DNA from: Planctomycetota bacterium
Lineage (GTDB): Bacteria > Planctomycetota > B15-G4
Length of the DNA: 64,000 bases
Reading direction: 5' to 3'
Assembly (NCBI GenBank): GCA_965248575.1
Contig: CBDFJQ010000002.1
Coordinates: forward strand, 3,929,375 to 3,993,374
The translations under genes and the position numbers were made by a program. Below are positions 19,737 to 28,160 of the stretch, piece after piece. The notes below the pieces were generated by a model, which was not told where the DNA came from, searched no databases, and saw nothing but the letters and a program-made list of their open reading frames with translations. Numbering within the stretch: position 1 is the first letter of the stretch; each line of letters starts with the position of its first letter.

Positions 19737-20222
19737 TCAGGCCTTGCCCTCGTTGATCCACTCCACCTCGCCGCCGGGCAGGAAGTAGACGATCAGCATG
19801 CGGCCGTCGGTGACGGTCGGCACGTGTGCCGAGTCGGGCGCGAAGGCCACCCAACCCTCCGGTTGGCCGTCGAACTTGGCGTCCCCTTCCACGGCGAAGC
19901 AGATGTTCACTTCGCCCTTGGGGTGGCGGTGGTTGATGCCGCCGCCCGTCATCCAGACGAAGTCCACGGACATGTCGTGGGGCGTGTCGCCGGGCTTGGC
20001 CAGGCGCGAGAAGCGCACCGGGTCCTTGCCTTTGTTGCAGATGACGCCATCCGCGAAGGCAGCCATGAGCGCCTTGCGCAAGTCGACGGCTTCGGGGCCG
20101 GCCATGGGATAGCGTCGCTCGAGTTCGGCGCGGGCGGCCGACGCGTCGCTCAGGTCGACAGCGGCGGCGTGGCCCATGGGGGCGTCGAGCAGGGTCAGCA
20201 GATCTTCAGCGGTGGCGGGCAT
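19737..20222 (-). CDS. hypothetical protein (cupin-like, possibly DUF4863), last gene of the HAD-Prx operon
   Basis: ATG at 20222, 21 nt after the peroxiredoxin stop on the same strand; no secure family assignment. Confidence 0.55.
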   Translation of the reverse strand: MPATAEDLLTLLDAPMGHAAAVDLSDASAARAELERRYPMAGPEAVDLRKALMAAFADGVICNKGKDPVRFSRLAKPGDTPHDMSVDFVWMTGGGINHRHPKGEVNICFAVEGDAKFDGQPEGWVAFAPDSAHVPTVTDGRMLIVYFLPGGEVEWINEGKA

Positions 20223-20243
20223 GGTGGCTCCTTAAACCGGCGA

Positions 20244-20717
20244 TCAACCGGCGCCGTTGAGGCGTGCCATGGCGGCGGGCACGTGTTCCTTGATGTCGGA
20301 CACCTTCTCGGCGTGTTCGATCTTGCCGTGGGCATCAATGATGTAGGTGATGCGGTCCGGGTACTTGGCGCCGTCGTCGGCGCAGGCGCCGTAGGCCACG
20401 CTCATGGCCTTGCTCGTGTCGCACAACAACGGGTAGTTGAAGTCGAACTTGTCGGCGAAGGCCTTGTTGTCGGCCACGCTGTCAAAAGAGACGCCGAAGA
20501 CGGCGGTCTTGTCGTTCAGTTCTGGGGTTCGATCACGGAACCCCTGGCCCTGGACGCGTCAGCCAGGGGTGTCGGCTTTGGGATAGAACCAGAGCAGCAC
20601 GCGCTGGCCGGAGAAGTCCTCCAGGTTGCGGGTGGCGCCGGTGTGGTCCTGGAGCTCGAAGGCGGGAGCGTCGTCGCCCACATTGAGCAGCTTGGGTTTC
20701 TTGCTGAAGAGGCCCAT
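20244..20717 (-). CDS. bcp: Bcp/PrxQ-type peroxiredoxin with in-frame TGA (candidate selenocysteine) at the peroxidatic-Cys position (codon at 20559..20561)
   Basis: Minus-strand ATG at 20717 preceded by GAGGAG RBS. Translation MGLFSKKPKLLNVGDDAPAFELQDHTGATRNLEDFSGQRVLLWFYPKADTPG-[TGA]-RVQGQGFRDRTPELNDKTAVFGVSFDSVADNKAFADKFDFNYPLLCD...DRITYIIDAHGKIEHAEKV aligns residue-for-residue with E. coli Bcp (FYPKAMTPGCTVQACGLRD ... GKIEHV), with TGA where the peroxidatic Cys codon sits. Frame continues through track ORF 20244..20477. Confidence 0.65.
20518..20558 (-). promoter_or_regulatory. candidate bacterial SECIS hairpin immediately 3' of the in-frame UGA
   Basis: mRNA reads UGA-CGCGUCCAGGGCCA-GGGGUUC-CGUGAUC-GAACCCC: 7-bp GC-rich stem, 7-nt loop containing GU, starting 14 nt after UGA. 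Seen by eye, not folded computationally. Confidence 0.4.
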
Positions 20718-20727
20718 GGGGCTCCTC

Positions 20728-21378
20728 TCACGAAGGGGACAGGTCGAGCTGTTGCGGGAGATCCGCGAAGCCGCCGGTCAGGATGCGGTCGGCGCCCGCC
20801 TCGCGCAACGCCTGCTCCTCGCCCACCCCACCCAGCACGACCCAGCAGGGGATGTGCGCGGCATGCGCCGCGAGCACGTCCGCATCGGAGTCGCCGATCA
20901 TGAGGGCGGCCGATGCCGGGGCGCCCAGGGCCTCGAGGGCGTGCAGCAGCACATCCGGGGCGGGCTTGCTGTGGGACACGAGGTCGCGGCCCGAGACGTG
21001 GGCGATGTGCGGCGCGAGGCCGGTGGCCTGCAGGCCGTCCTGGGCGCTCTGGGTCAGGCGCGTGGTGGCGACCGCCAGCCGGAAGCCGGCGGCCGTGAGC
21101 AGGGGCAGGGTCTCGGCCACCCCGGGCAGCACCCGGCTGCGGGCGGCGAGGCGCGGCAGGACCCGCTTGGCGAAAGCGCTGACCATGCCGTGGGGGTCGT
21201 CCGCCCCGAGCTGCTCCCAGACGGTGTGGGGCGGCTGGCCGATCTTGCTGCGGGCCCAGGCGGCCTCGGGGACGGGCAATCCAGCCTCCTCGGCCAGCTC
21301 CAAAACCCCTTCGACGATGGCGTCGGAGGCATCCAGCAGGGTGCCATCCAGGTCGAGCAGCAGGACGTCGGGGCGCAT
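20728..21378 (-). CDS. HAD-superfamily hydrolase (phosphoglycolate phosphatase-like)
   Basis: MRPDVLLLDLDGTLLD (HAD motif I DxDGT), SKPAPDV, MIGDSDADVLAAHAA (motif IV); stop 10 nt upstream of the peroxiredoxin start, RBS embedded. Confidence 0.75.
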   Translation of the reverse strand: MRPDVLLLDLDGTLLDASDAIVEGVLELAEEAGLPVPEAAWARSKIGQPPHTVWEQLGADDPHGMVSAFAKRVLPRLAARSRVLPGVAETLPLLTAAGFRLAVATTRLTQSAQDGLQATGLAPHIAHVSGRDLVSHSKPAPDVLLHALEALGAPASAALMIGDSDADVLAAHAAHIPCWVVLGGVGEEQALREAGADRILTGGFADLPQQLDLSPS

Positions 21379-21480
21379 GGCGGGGGATGTTAGCAGGCCG
21401 CGCCGGTTGCAGAGCGGGGCCGGGTTGCCCCTGGCGGCGGGCCCCAGCCCGGGGGCCTGTCGCGGGGTAGGATACCCCCC

Positions 21481-23331
21481 ATGGCTCGCATGCTCCCCAG
21501 GACCTCGCTCCGCTCCTTGCGCCGACTCCTGGTGGGTCCGGAGTGGCTGGTGGTGGCCACCTTCGTGCTGATGATCGAGCTCATGGCGCCCACGGTCGAA
21601 AGCGATGTGGACGACATCACATGGGTGATCGTGATGCCCATGCTGCTGAGCTTGGGTTGCATCATGGCGACGCACCAACACCTGCCCCTGATGAGCGGCC
21701 TGGTGACCTGGGCCTCCAAGCTCTTCAAGCGCATGCGGCGCAACCTGGTGGTGAGCCTGGGCCTCGACTTCCACCCGGAGCGGGCGCCGCGGCTCGCGCC
21801 CTTCGTCACCCTGCGCAAGGGCGTCTTCATCTTGTTCCTCGTAGCAGCCGTGCTGTTGGCGGGGCGTGGTCTAGGTCGCGACGTCCTGCAAGCCACGCGC
21901 GTGCAAGGGCTCTACACGCTGCACAACCTGATGATCGGGACGGCCTGGTTTGGTTTGATCCTGGGCACCGTGATCGCGGTGCCTGCCAGCTTGCTGGCCA
22001 TCCTCGAGGTGGTGCGCAGGCGGTTTGGGGTCGAGGGCTTCGGGCGCGTGATGTTGGTCTCGGGTGGCTCGGTGCTGGTGGCCATTTTCCTGGTCGTGCT
22101 CAACGCCAAGACGGGGCTGACGGGCTGCCTCGGTGTGCTGGCCTTTGCCACCTTGCTGCCGTCCGTGGTGCGGCCCATCGACCCGCCCCGGGGGCAATGG
22201 CTGAACATCGCCATGGGTCGCAACGGGCCCCCGCGTACGATCCGTCTCGGGCAGCTGCTGACCGACACCTACCGCGTGTTGTCATTGGTGGCCTTCTCCA
22301 TCGTGGCGTTGCTGATGCCGGGCGAGTCGGCCTTGTCCGCGACCACCTTCCCGGTGACGGACCTGCTGTTGTCCGTCTTCGGCTGGTCGGCGGCCTGGTT
22401 GCTCACGGGCGGTGCCTGCCTGGGCATCGGTGAGTTCAACCGTCGGCGACGTCTGTTCGACCCGGCCTTCCCCCGCAGCCGGGTGTTGTGGGCGGTGCCC
22501 GGCCCGGAGGCCCGTGCCTTGGAGCAGGAGCGGCACGCGGTCGAGGAGGCTGGCTGGCGGCTCGTGGTCTCGGACAGCCTGCCCGGCCCCGAAGACGCCG
22601 ACTTGCTGGTGGGTGTTCCCACGAGTCCTTTGCCTCCGCGCGGTGTGCCTCTGACCCAAGTGCCGCCCGCCATCTTCCTGGTGGACGAGGACCCTGCGGC
22701 CCTGCTGGCCGAAGCCGAGGAGCGGGACAAGGCCGAGCGCGCCAGCGAGGCCATCGAAGGCTTGCTCAACGCCACCCGACCGCGCATGGGCGACCACGGC
22801 GAGGGGACGTTCCTCGTGCCCCATTGTTGGTTGGTGGTGGGGCTCACCCGGGACGACGAGCGCGGGAGTCTCGAACGCAGCCCCGTGCTGACCTTCGGCC
22901 AGCCTTTCCGCATCGCCTTCGGCACCCGCCTGCGTCGCTTTCTCTACGACGTCATGGCCCGGGCCGACATCGACGTGCTCTACATCGAGGACTCCGTGAC
23001 ACCGGAGCAGGTGAGCGAGGTGCTGGAATTGCTCTTCGAACGTCACATCTCGCGCATGCAACCCGAGGCCGTGGCCGAGCACGACTTCGTGGGCGTGACC
23101 GGTGTGCGGGTGGTGCTGCACAACGTGGACCCGGAGGGCGAAGGCATCAAGGGTGTCGACGCCCACGTCTCCCGCAACGCCATCTCTCGCGCGCGGATCA
23201 TGATCATCGGCCACGACCGACGAGACGATGACGACGACGAGGGCCCGCCCGCCGATGGCGAGTCCAGTGATCTGTGGTTGGAGGAGAGCCTGAGCGGGCT
23301 CTTCCCCAAGACGCCTCTGCAGAACATCTGA
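21481..23331 (+). CDS. large hypothetical integral membrane protein with acidic C-terminal tail
   Basis: 616-aa ORF with multiple hydrophobic segments in the N-terminal 330 residues and a soluble C-terminal region ending in DRRDDDDDEGPPADGE; lies immediately upstream of intI. Confidence 0.5.
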   Translation: MARMLPRTSLRSLRRLLVGPEWLVVATFVLMIELMAPTVESDVDDITWVIVMPMLLSLGCIMATHQHLPLMSGLVTWASKLFKRMRRNLVVSLGLDFHPERAPRLAPFVTLRKGVFILFLVAAVLLAGRGLGRDVLQATRVQGLYTLHNLMIGTAWFGLILGTVIAVPASLLAILEVVRRRFGVEGFGRVMLVSGGSVLVAIFLVVLNAKTGLTGCLGVLAFATLLPSVVRPIDPPRGQWLNIAMGRNGPPRTIRLGQLLTDTYRVLSLVAFSIVALLMPGESALSATTFPVTDLLLSVFGWSAAWLLTGGACLGIGEFNRRRRLFDPAFPRSRVLWAVPGPEARALEQERHAVEEAGWRLVVSDSLPGPEDADLLVGVPTSPLPPRGVPLTQVPPAIFLVDEDPAALLAEAEERDKAERASEAIEGLLNATRPRMGDHGEGTFLVPHCWLVVGLTRDDERGSLERSPVLTFGQPFRIAFGTRLRRFLYDVMARADIDVLYIEDSVTPEQVSEVLELLFERHISRMQPEAVAEHDFVGVTGVRVVLHNVDPEGEGIKGVDAHVSRNAISRARIMIIGHDRRDDDDDEGPPADGESSDLWLEESLSGLFPKTPLQNI

Positions 23332-23636
23332 GCGGCGCCGGGCGAGAGGCCGGTCATTCGGGCCTGTGCACGCACGGGGGTCGCCAGCTCGGCGTTGGCT
23401 CGTCCTCGACGATGCTCTGCATCGCCTGCGGCTCGCCGCCTTGATCTGACGGCCCCAGCACGCACCCAGGGCCGAAGCACCGGCCTCTTACCCGGCTCGG
23501 GTTGGGGTGAAACAGATCGAGGCTTGGGCCGTCGGTGGGGTTGGTTATGCGGGTCTGTCTAATTCGTCGGGGGATTCGGTTCATGGCGCGGCGTCGGGCG
23601 GCGGGGCGGGGGCAGCGGGCTCGGTCCCCTTGGTTG

Positions 23637-24692
23637 ATGGTGCGTTTGCGGGAGGAGCTGCTTGTGCGGAGCTACAGTCCGCGGACGGCACAGACCTATG
23701 AGCACTGGGTGCGGCGCTTCCTGCGGTTTCATGGGATGCGGTCGCCGAGGGGGATGGGGGGTGAGGAGGTGACGGGCTTCCTCTCACACCTGGCGACCGA
23801 GATGAAGGTGAGCGCGTCGACCCAGAACCAGGCGCTGGCGGCGCTGCTGTTCCTTTACGGGAAGGTGTTGCAGGAGGACCTGCCGTGGATGGCGGACGTG
23901 GTGCGGGCGCGGCGGCCCCGCTACCTGCCGGTGGTCATGACTCAGGGGGAGGTACGCGAGGTGCTGGGTGCCTTGGAGGGGGTGCCTGCCACGGTGGGTG
24001 CCTTGCTCTATGGGTCAGGCCTGCGCTTGCTGGAGGCCCTCACCCTGCGGGTGAAGGATGTCGACTTCGGCGCGCGTCAGCTGTTGGTGCGGCAGGGGAA
24101 GGGCAAGAAGGACCGCCGGGCCCTGCTGCCCACCTCGGTGGAAGGGGCCCTGAGGCACCAGCTCCGCCAGGCGCGCTACCAACATGAGCAGGACCTGAAG
24201 AACGACGCAGGATGGGTCGAGCTCCCCGCCGCCTTCGGGCGCAAGTCAACCCACGCCGGCCAGGACTGGCCCTGGCAATGGGTCTTCCCCGCCACACGGA
24301 TCTACACCTGCCAGGAGACGGGAGAACGAAGGCGCCATCACCTGCACGAGACAGTGGTGCAGAAGGCGGTGCGCGCTGCCGCGCGACGAGCGGGACTCTC
24401 GAAACGCATCACAAGCCACGCCTTCCGTCATTCCTTTGCAACCCACTTGCTGCAATCCGGAACCGACATCAGGACCATCCAGAAGCTGCTGGGCCACAAG
24501 AGCGTGCAGACCACGATGATCTACACCCACGTCCTGAACCGCGGACCCATGGGAGTGGTGAGCCCACTGGATCAGCTGGGCGAGGAGGTGCAGCTGGAGG
24601 GGGAGGGACGGAAGGGCGGTGCCGCCGATCCAACGGGTCCACGGGATCCACCAGCCGATGAGGCCGAGGAAGGACCTCCCGGTGCTGGATAA
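23637..24692 (+). CDS. intI: integron integrase IntI (tyrosine recombinase), co-directional with the cassette array
   Basis: N-terminal [30 protein letters not shown]...[21 protein letters not shown]; IntI-specific insertion region ...[29 protein letters not shown]...; catalytic box [39 protein letters not shown] and ...GVVSPLD tail. Start ATG 23637 chosen inside track ORF 23535..24692. Confidence 0.9.
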   Translation: MVRLREELLVRSYSPRTAQTYEHWVRRFLRFHGMRSPRGMGGEEVTGFLSHLATEMKVSASTQNQALAALLFLYGKVLQEDLPWMADVVRARRPRYLPVVMTQGEVREVLGALEGVPATVGALLYGSGLRLLEALTLRVKDVDFGARQLLVRQGKGKKDRRALLPTSVEGALRHQLRQARYQHEQDLKNDAGWVELPAAFGRKSTHAGQDWPWQWVFPATRIYTCQETGERRRHHLHETVVQKAVRAAARRAGLSKRITSHAFRHSFATHLLQSGTDIRTIQKLLGHKSVQTTMIYTHVLNRGPMGVVSPLDQLGEEVQLEGEGRKGGAADPTGPRDPPADEAEEGPPGAG

Positions 24693-24897
24693 TGCTGAAC
24701 ACCGTCGCGTGATAGACGGACCTGCCTATCGGGGTTAGGGTCGATTCTCGATCTGGCGCCTCAGGCCAGAAAACCGGAACGGAAGAGGAGGAAGTCGCCA
24801 TTGACGGGGAGAGAGAACACGGGCTGTGGGTCGATGGCCGCGTGGGGGCTTCGTTCCGTCTTTGCGTGACAGCCACGCTGTCCAATTGGAGTTAGGC
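24693..24897 (+). other. attI-like region between intI stop and first cassette; crossover core GTTAGGC at 24891-24897, GTTAGGG repeat at 24734-24740
   Basis: Position between intI and first cassette; terminal GTTAGGC identical to the attC R' cores; upstream GTTAGGG may be an integrase-binding direct repeat (inference). Confidence 0.5.
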
Positions 24898-24903
24898 AGC
24901 CGA

Positions 24904-25230
24904 ATGGCGAAGAAGATCAGTCGACTATGGGCTGCGGTGGCCGTCACACTCGCAACTGCCTTGCTGTGCTGGTACGTGGTCATTCCAGCCATCTACGATC
25001 ATTACTTCGAATACGAGACGGCTCTGCATAGAGTTGATCACTTGGTAGGTTCAGGGCGTCAGTTCGCGGAGAACTCCGACTTGGTCAACTACCTGTGGCG
25101 CGAGATTCGCGACGACACCAAGAATGTACCCAACATGGGGTTCTTAACGCCCGAGACGCTCTTCGCACGCGGGCGTCACTACACTCTCATCATGCTTGAG
25201 GAAGCACTGGAGCGCCTCGGTGAGCCCTGA
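24904..25230 (+). CDS. integron cassette ORF 1: small membrane-anchored hypothetical protein
   Basis: ATG 6 nt after attI core; MAKKISRLWAAVAVTLATALLCWYVVIPAI hydrophobic N-terminus; followed by attC. Confidence 0.55.
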   Translation: MAKKISRLWAAVAVTLATALLCWYVVIPAIYDHYFEYETALHRVDHLVGSGRQFAENSDLVNYLWREIRDDTKNVPNMGFLTPETLFARGRHYTLIMLEEALERLGEP

Positions 25231-25235
25231 CGCTT

Positions 25236-25302
25236 GCCTAACTGGCGCTAGCAACGGACGGGGCGCTTCGCGCCCCGCCGCTGAACCGCAGGTACGTTAG
25301 CC
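25236..25302 (+). repeat. attC site 1 (GCCTAAC ... GTTAGCC)
   Basis: Imperfect palindrome bounded by inverse core and core. Confidence 0.7.
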
Positions 25303-25319
25303 AGATGGAGCGTTGAGTG

Positions 25320-25712
25320 ATGCGAACGGTCTTTGCTGTTCTGGCAGGTGTGCTGGTGCATTTTCTGGTGCTGTCTGTCGTCGTTTCGCAGACGGTGACA
25401 CTTCAAGTCGTCCAAGAAGGAGCTGCGCCACTACCCGACGAGAATCCTCTGGTGTCGTGGGTGATCCTTGCGTGCATGTTCGTCGTAGCGGCGCTAGTCG
25501 GCGGAACGGCCGCCGGAGCCGTTTCAAAAGGGCGTTTCGCTCTGGCCTCGTGCCTCGTCGGGGCATGGGGTGCCATGCTGCTGTTCGCCAACGGTCAGAG
25601 TGCTGCAGACCTAGCATTCACCGTAGTCCTTGCCGGTGCAGTACTCTGTGTTCCCGCCGCACTCCTTGGGGGCTACACGTGGAAGAGGTTCTGTGCCAAG
25701 CCAACTGGCTAA
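25320..25712 (+). CDS. integron cassette ORF 2: hypothetical membrane protein
   Basis: Hydrophobic 130-aa ORF; stop TAA lies inside attC inverse core. Confidence 0.55.
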   Translation: MRTVFAVLAGVLVHFLVLSVVVSQTVTLQVVQEGAAPLPDENPLVSWVILACMFVVAALVGGTAAGAVSKGRFALASCLVGAWGAMLLFANGQSAADLAFTVVLAGAVLCVPAALLGGYTWKRFCAKPTG

Positions 25713-25773
25713 CAAGCGCTTGCAGCGGACGGTCCGCTGCGCGGCCCGCCGCTGAACCGCCAGTCCGTTAGGC
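25707..25773 (+). repeat. attC site 2 (GGCTAAC ... GTTAGGC), type A with internal palindrome GCAGCGGAC-G-GTCCGCTGC
   Basis: ctaacaagcgcttgcagcggacggtccgctgcgcggcccgccgctgaaccgccagtccgttaggc. Confidence 0.8.
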
Positions 25774-25799
25774 AGCACCACACTCTTGGAGTTGGGCCG

Positions 25800-26129
25800 A
25801 TGGTCGAATTGCGCCGAATAGAGCCCCTACCTCTCGGGAAGCTGCAGGCCTTTATTTGGGCAGCTCTTGCGCTAGTGCGCGCCGTGCCGATGCTTTTCGC
25901 TACCGTGTTCGAGGGGCCAGGTTCCGAGTTGTGGGGCGAGTTCAGCATCACCTCCATTGTGGACATGACGGGATTCTATGGGCTATTGCTCAGTCCCGTG
26001 GTTGCAGGGTTCTGGGGGCTCATTAATGGCTGCATTATTGCGTTAGCATACAACTGGGCTGCTGGGCAGCTCGGTGGCGTTAAGATCACGATAGTGACGG
26101 CAAGCGAACGTGATGGGGCCAGCGCATGA
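25800..26129 (+). CDS. integron cassette ORF 3: hypothetical membrane protein
   Basis: 109-aa hydrophobic ORF between attC 2 and attC 3. Confidence 0.55.
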   Translation: MVELRRIEPLPLGKLQAFIWAALALVRAVPMLFATVFEGPGSELWGEFSITSIVDMTGFYGLLLSPVVAGFWGLINGCIIALAYNWAAGQLGGVKITIVTASERDGASA

Positions 26130-26135
26130 CGGTCT

Positions 26136-26202
26136 GCCTAACAAGCGCTTGCAGCGGACGGTCCGCTGCGCGGCCCGCCGCTGAACCGCCAGTCCGTTAG
26201 GT
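26136..26202 (+). repeat. attC site 3 (GCCTAAC ... GTTAGGT), type A
   Basis: Near-identical to attC 2. Confidence 0.8.
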
Positions 26203-26209
26203 GGACGTA

Positions 26210-26572
26210 ATGCCGGATGTGAGTGCTCAACCATCGATGATCGAGAAAGTGCGATGCGAAGTCGTGACCTACGATCTGACGTATGCGGAGAAACAGCTGA
26301 TTGCCAAGGGAGCACTCGCGCCAGTTCTGGAGCGTTTGCACAGTACTGCGAGTGACAGCGTAGGCGACTGCGCAAGGTGGAGTGGTATTGCGGCAGTCAT
26401 CGGTTTCGTGGTGCTCCTCGTTGGGCCAAGGAGCAACTCTGTGTGGATTTGGGCGGTTAGCAGTTTTGGGCATCTAGCCTTAGCCGTAGTTCTTGGCTAC
26501 ATGAGCACCCGCCAGCGTAGGGAGGAAAGGCACCTTGCGAATCTCCTCGATACATTGAGGGAGGCAGAGTGA
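26210..26572 (+). CDS. integron cassette ORF 4: hypothetical protein with C-terminal TM segment
   Basis: ATG 26210 (MPDVSAQPSMIEK...); cassette position. Confidence 0.5.
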   Translation: MPDVSAQPSMIEKVRCEVVTYDLTYAEKQLIAKGALAPVLERLHSTASDSVGDCARWSGIAAVIGFVVLLVGPRSNSVWIWAVSSFGHLALAVVLGYMSTRQRREERHLANLLDTLREAE

Positions 26573-26590
26573 AGGCGTCTCTGAGACACC

Positions 26591-26657
26591 ACCTAACAAG
26601 CGCTTGCAGCGGACGTTCCGCTGCGCGGACCGCCGCTGAACCACAGGTCCGTTAGAT
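26591..26657 (+). repeat. attC site 4 (ACCTAAC ... GTTAGAT), type A
   Basis: Same repeat family with point differences. Confidence 0.75.
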
Positions 26658-26747
26658 GGGCGGATCTACGCAGGAAGGTGCAACACACAGGGTCTCCAAG
26701 TGTTAGATGAACCAAACGGAGAGCAACCGAAGAAGCGGCGCACCGCA

Positions 26748-26885
26748 ATGGCTACGAGTGTTTCGATTGGGGCAGCTGTTGGGGCCGTGTTCGGCGTGGC
26801 GGTGAGCAACATTGGCCTCGGCATTGCTATTGGCGTTGCGGTGGGCGTGGCCATCGGCGCAAGTCGAGAGGCAGGTAGGAAGTGA
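26748..26885 (+). CDS. integron cassette ORF 5: small glycine-zipper membrane peptide
   Basis: MATSVSIGAAVGAVFGVAVSNIGLGIAIGVAVGVAIGASREAGRK; alternative GTG start at 26700. Confidence 0.45.
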   Translation: MATSVSIGAAVGAVFGVAVSNIGLGIAIGVAVGVAIGASREAGRK

Positions 26886-26890
26886 ATGCC

Positions 26891-26952
26891 ATCTAACAAG
26901 CCGCACCAGACGGACCGGGCTCCGCCCGGCTGCTGAACGCCAGTCGGCAAGG
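26891..26952 (+). repeat. attC site 5, type B with degenerate R' core (GGCAAGG in place of GTTAGGC)
   Basis: atctaacaagccgcaccagacggaccgggctccgcccggctgctgaacgccagtcggcaagg; R' core altered. Confidence 0.5.
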
Positions 26953-27003
26953 CGGCAACATTGGACCGACGCACCACACAGGAGAGAACTATTGGCCGAC
27001 AAT

Positions 27004-27423
27004 GTGAAGACCACAGCGGCGACGGTGATTCCGACCATGCGATACAACGATGCAGCGGCAGCCATCGCGTGGCTCTGCGAAGCGTTCGGATTCGAGAAAC
27101 ACCTGGTCGTTCCCGGTGAAGACGGCACAATCGCCCACGCACAGCTCGTCTTCGGGAATGGAATGGTAATGCTCGCCTCAGCGCGCGCGAGCGAGTTCGA
27201 CAACCTTCACAAGCTGCCGAGCGCCCTGGGCGACGCCGTATCTCAGAGCCCGTACATCATCGTCGACGACGCCGACAAACACTACGCACGAGCTGTTGCG
27301 GCGGGCGCAGAGATCGTGATTGAAATTAGGGACGAGGATTACGGGGGCCGAGGCTACTCTTGTCGCGATCCCGAAGGGCACGTTTGGAACTTCGGCTCCT
27401 ACGATCCCTGGGCCTCCGCCTAA
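27004..27423 (+). CDS. integron cassette ORF 6: VOC-family (glyoxalase/bleomycin-resistance fold) protein
   Basis: GTG start; (M)KTTAATVIPTMRYNDAAAAIAWLCEAFGFEKHLVVPGEDGTIAHAQLVFGNGMVM...DEDYGGRGYSCRDPEGHVWNFGSYDPW resembles PhnB/VOC proteins. Confidence 0.7.
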   Translation: MKTTAATVIPTMRYNDAAAAIAWLCEAFGFEKHLVVPGEDGTIAHAQLVFGNGMVMLASARASEFDNLHKLPSALGDAVSQSPYIIVDDADKHYARAVAAGAEIVIEIRDEDYGGRGYSCRDPEGHVWNFGSYDPWASA

Positions 27424-27484
27424 CAAGCGCTTGCAGCGGACGGTCCGCTGCGCGGCCCGTCGCTGAACCGCCAGTCCGTTGGGC
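27418..27484 (+). repeat. attC site 6 (GCCTAAC ... GTTGGGC), type A
   Basis: Stop TAA inside inverse core. Confidence 0.8.
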
Positions 27485-27514
27485 GGACGGAGTCACTGAC
27501 CGCGGGAGAGTGGA

Positions 27515-27757
27515 ATGGCCATGACCTGGACGATAGTGCTAGTTGTAGTGCATGTGGTTCTTGCTCTCGCGGCTATTCGCTACGCACGAAAGAAGTCTAC
27601 CTGGACGCGTGGCCCACAGTTCGCAGTCGTCTGTGCATTGGCAATTCCGATAGTTGGACCAATAATGACCCTTCTTTCAGCAGCCGCTTCGGGAAGCGGT
27701 GAATACGTAGACGAGAGTGTGCAATACGGCGTCGATCCACCGGACCTAGGTAGCTAG
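27515..27757 (+). CDS. integron cassette ORF 7: small membrane protein
   Basis: 80-aa ORF, two hydrophobic helices. Confidence 0.5.
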   Translation: MAMTWTIVLVVVHVVLALAAIRYARKKSTWTRGPQFAVVCALAIPIVGPIMTLLSAAASGSGEYVDESVQYGVDPPDLGS

Positions 27758-27798
27758 AATGGCGACTAGTTCAAGAGAGCCAAGGCGTTACGCCGCAC

Positions 27799-27862
27799 GC
27801 CCAACAAGCCTTTTCAGACGGACCGGGCTTCGCCCGGCCGCCGAACCGCAGGTCCGCTAGCT
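27799..27862 (+). repeat. attC site 7, type B (GCCCAAC ... GCTAGCT)
   Basis: cccaacaagccttttcagacggaccgggcttcgcccggccgccgaaccgcaggtccgctagct. Confidence 0.6.
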
Positions 27863-27875
27863 AGACGGAACAGTC

Positions 27876-28097
27876 ATGAGGGAGCAGGGCAAAGGACGAC
27901 GGATCAGGCATGTCCAGAACTGGGATCTCCATGTCTTCATGCTGCTCTTTGTCGTACCAGCTTTTGCTGGAGGCCTTTGGCTGGTCCATCCTCTTCTGGG
28001 CTTGGTTGTGGTCGCCATCTTCGTAGTCTGGGTTGTAGACAACGTGCACGAGTCCAATCGTCTCCAGGAGCGCGGCCGCCGTGAGCGCACTAGCTAA
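27876..28097 (+). CDS. integron cassette ORF 8: small membrane protein
   Basis: 73-aa ORF with hydrophobic helices; stop inside attC inverse core. Confidence 0.5.
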   Translation: MREQGKGRRIRHVQNWDLHVFMLLFVVPAFAGGLWLVHPLLGLVVVAIFVVWVVDNVHESNRLQERGRRERTS

Positions 28098-28158
28098 CAA
28101 GCGCTTGCAGCGGACGGTCCGCTGCGCGTCCCGCCGCTGACCCGCAGATACGTTAGCC
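28092..28158 (+). repeat. attC site 8 (AGCTAAC ... GTTAGCC), type A
   Basis: Same repeat family. Confidence 0.8.
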
Positions 28159-28160
28159 GG

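Noticed and set aside
20244-20717. In-frame TGA in the peroxiredoxin gene as a simple pseudogene or two separate ORFs (track ORFs 20516..20731 and 20244..20477)
   Set aside because: The TGA falls exactly on the catalytic Cys codon, the frame is otherwise intact across both halves, and a hairpin follows; selenocysteine recoding is more parsimonious. A pseudogene remains possible (see would_refute).
19590-20903. 437-aa plus-strand ORF
   Set aside because: Antisense to the HAD/peroxiredoxin/cupin-like operon; Gly/Ala/Arg-rich.
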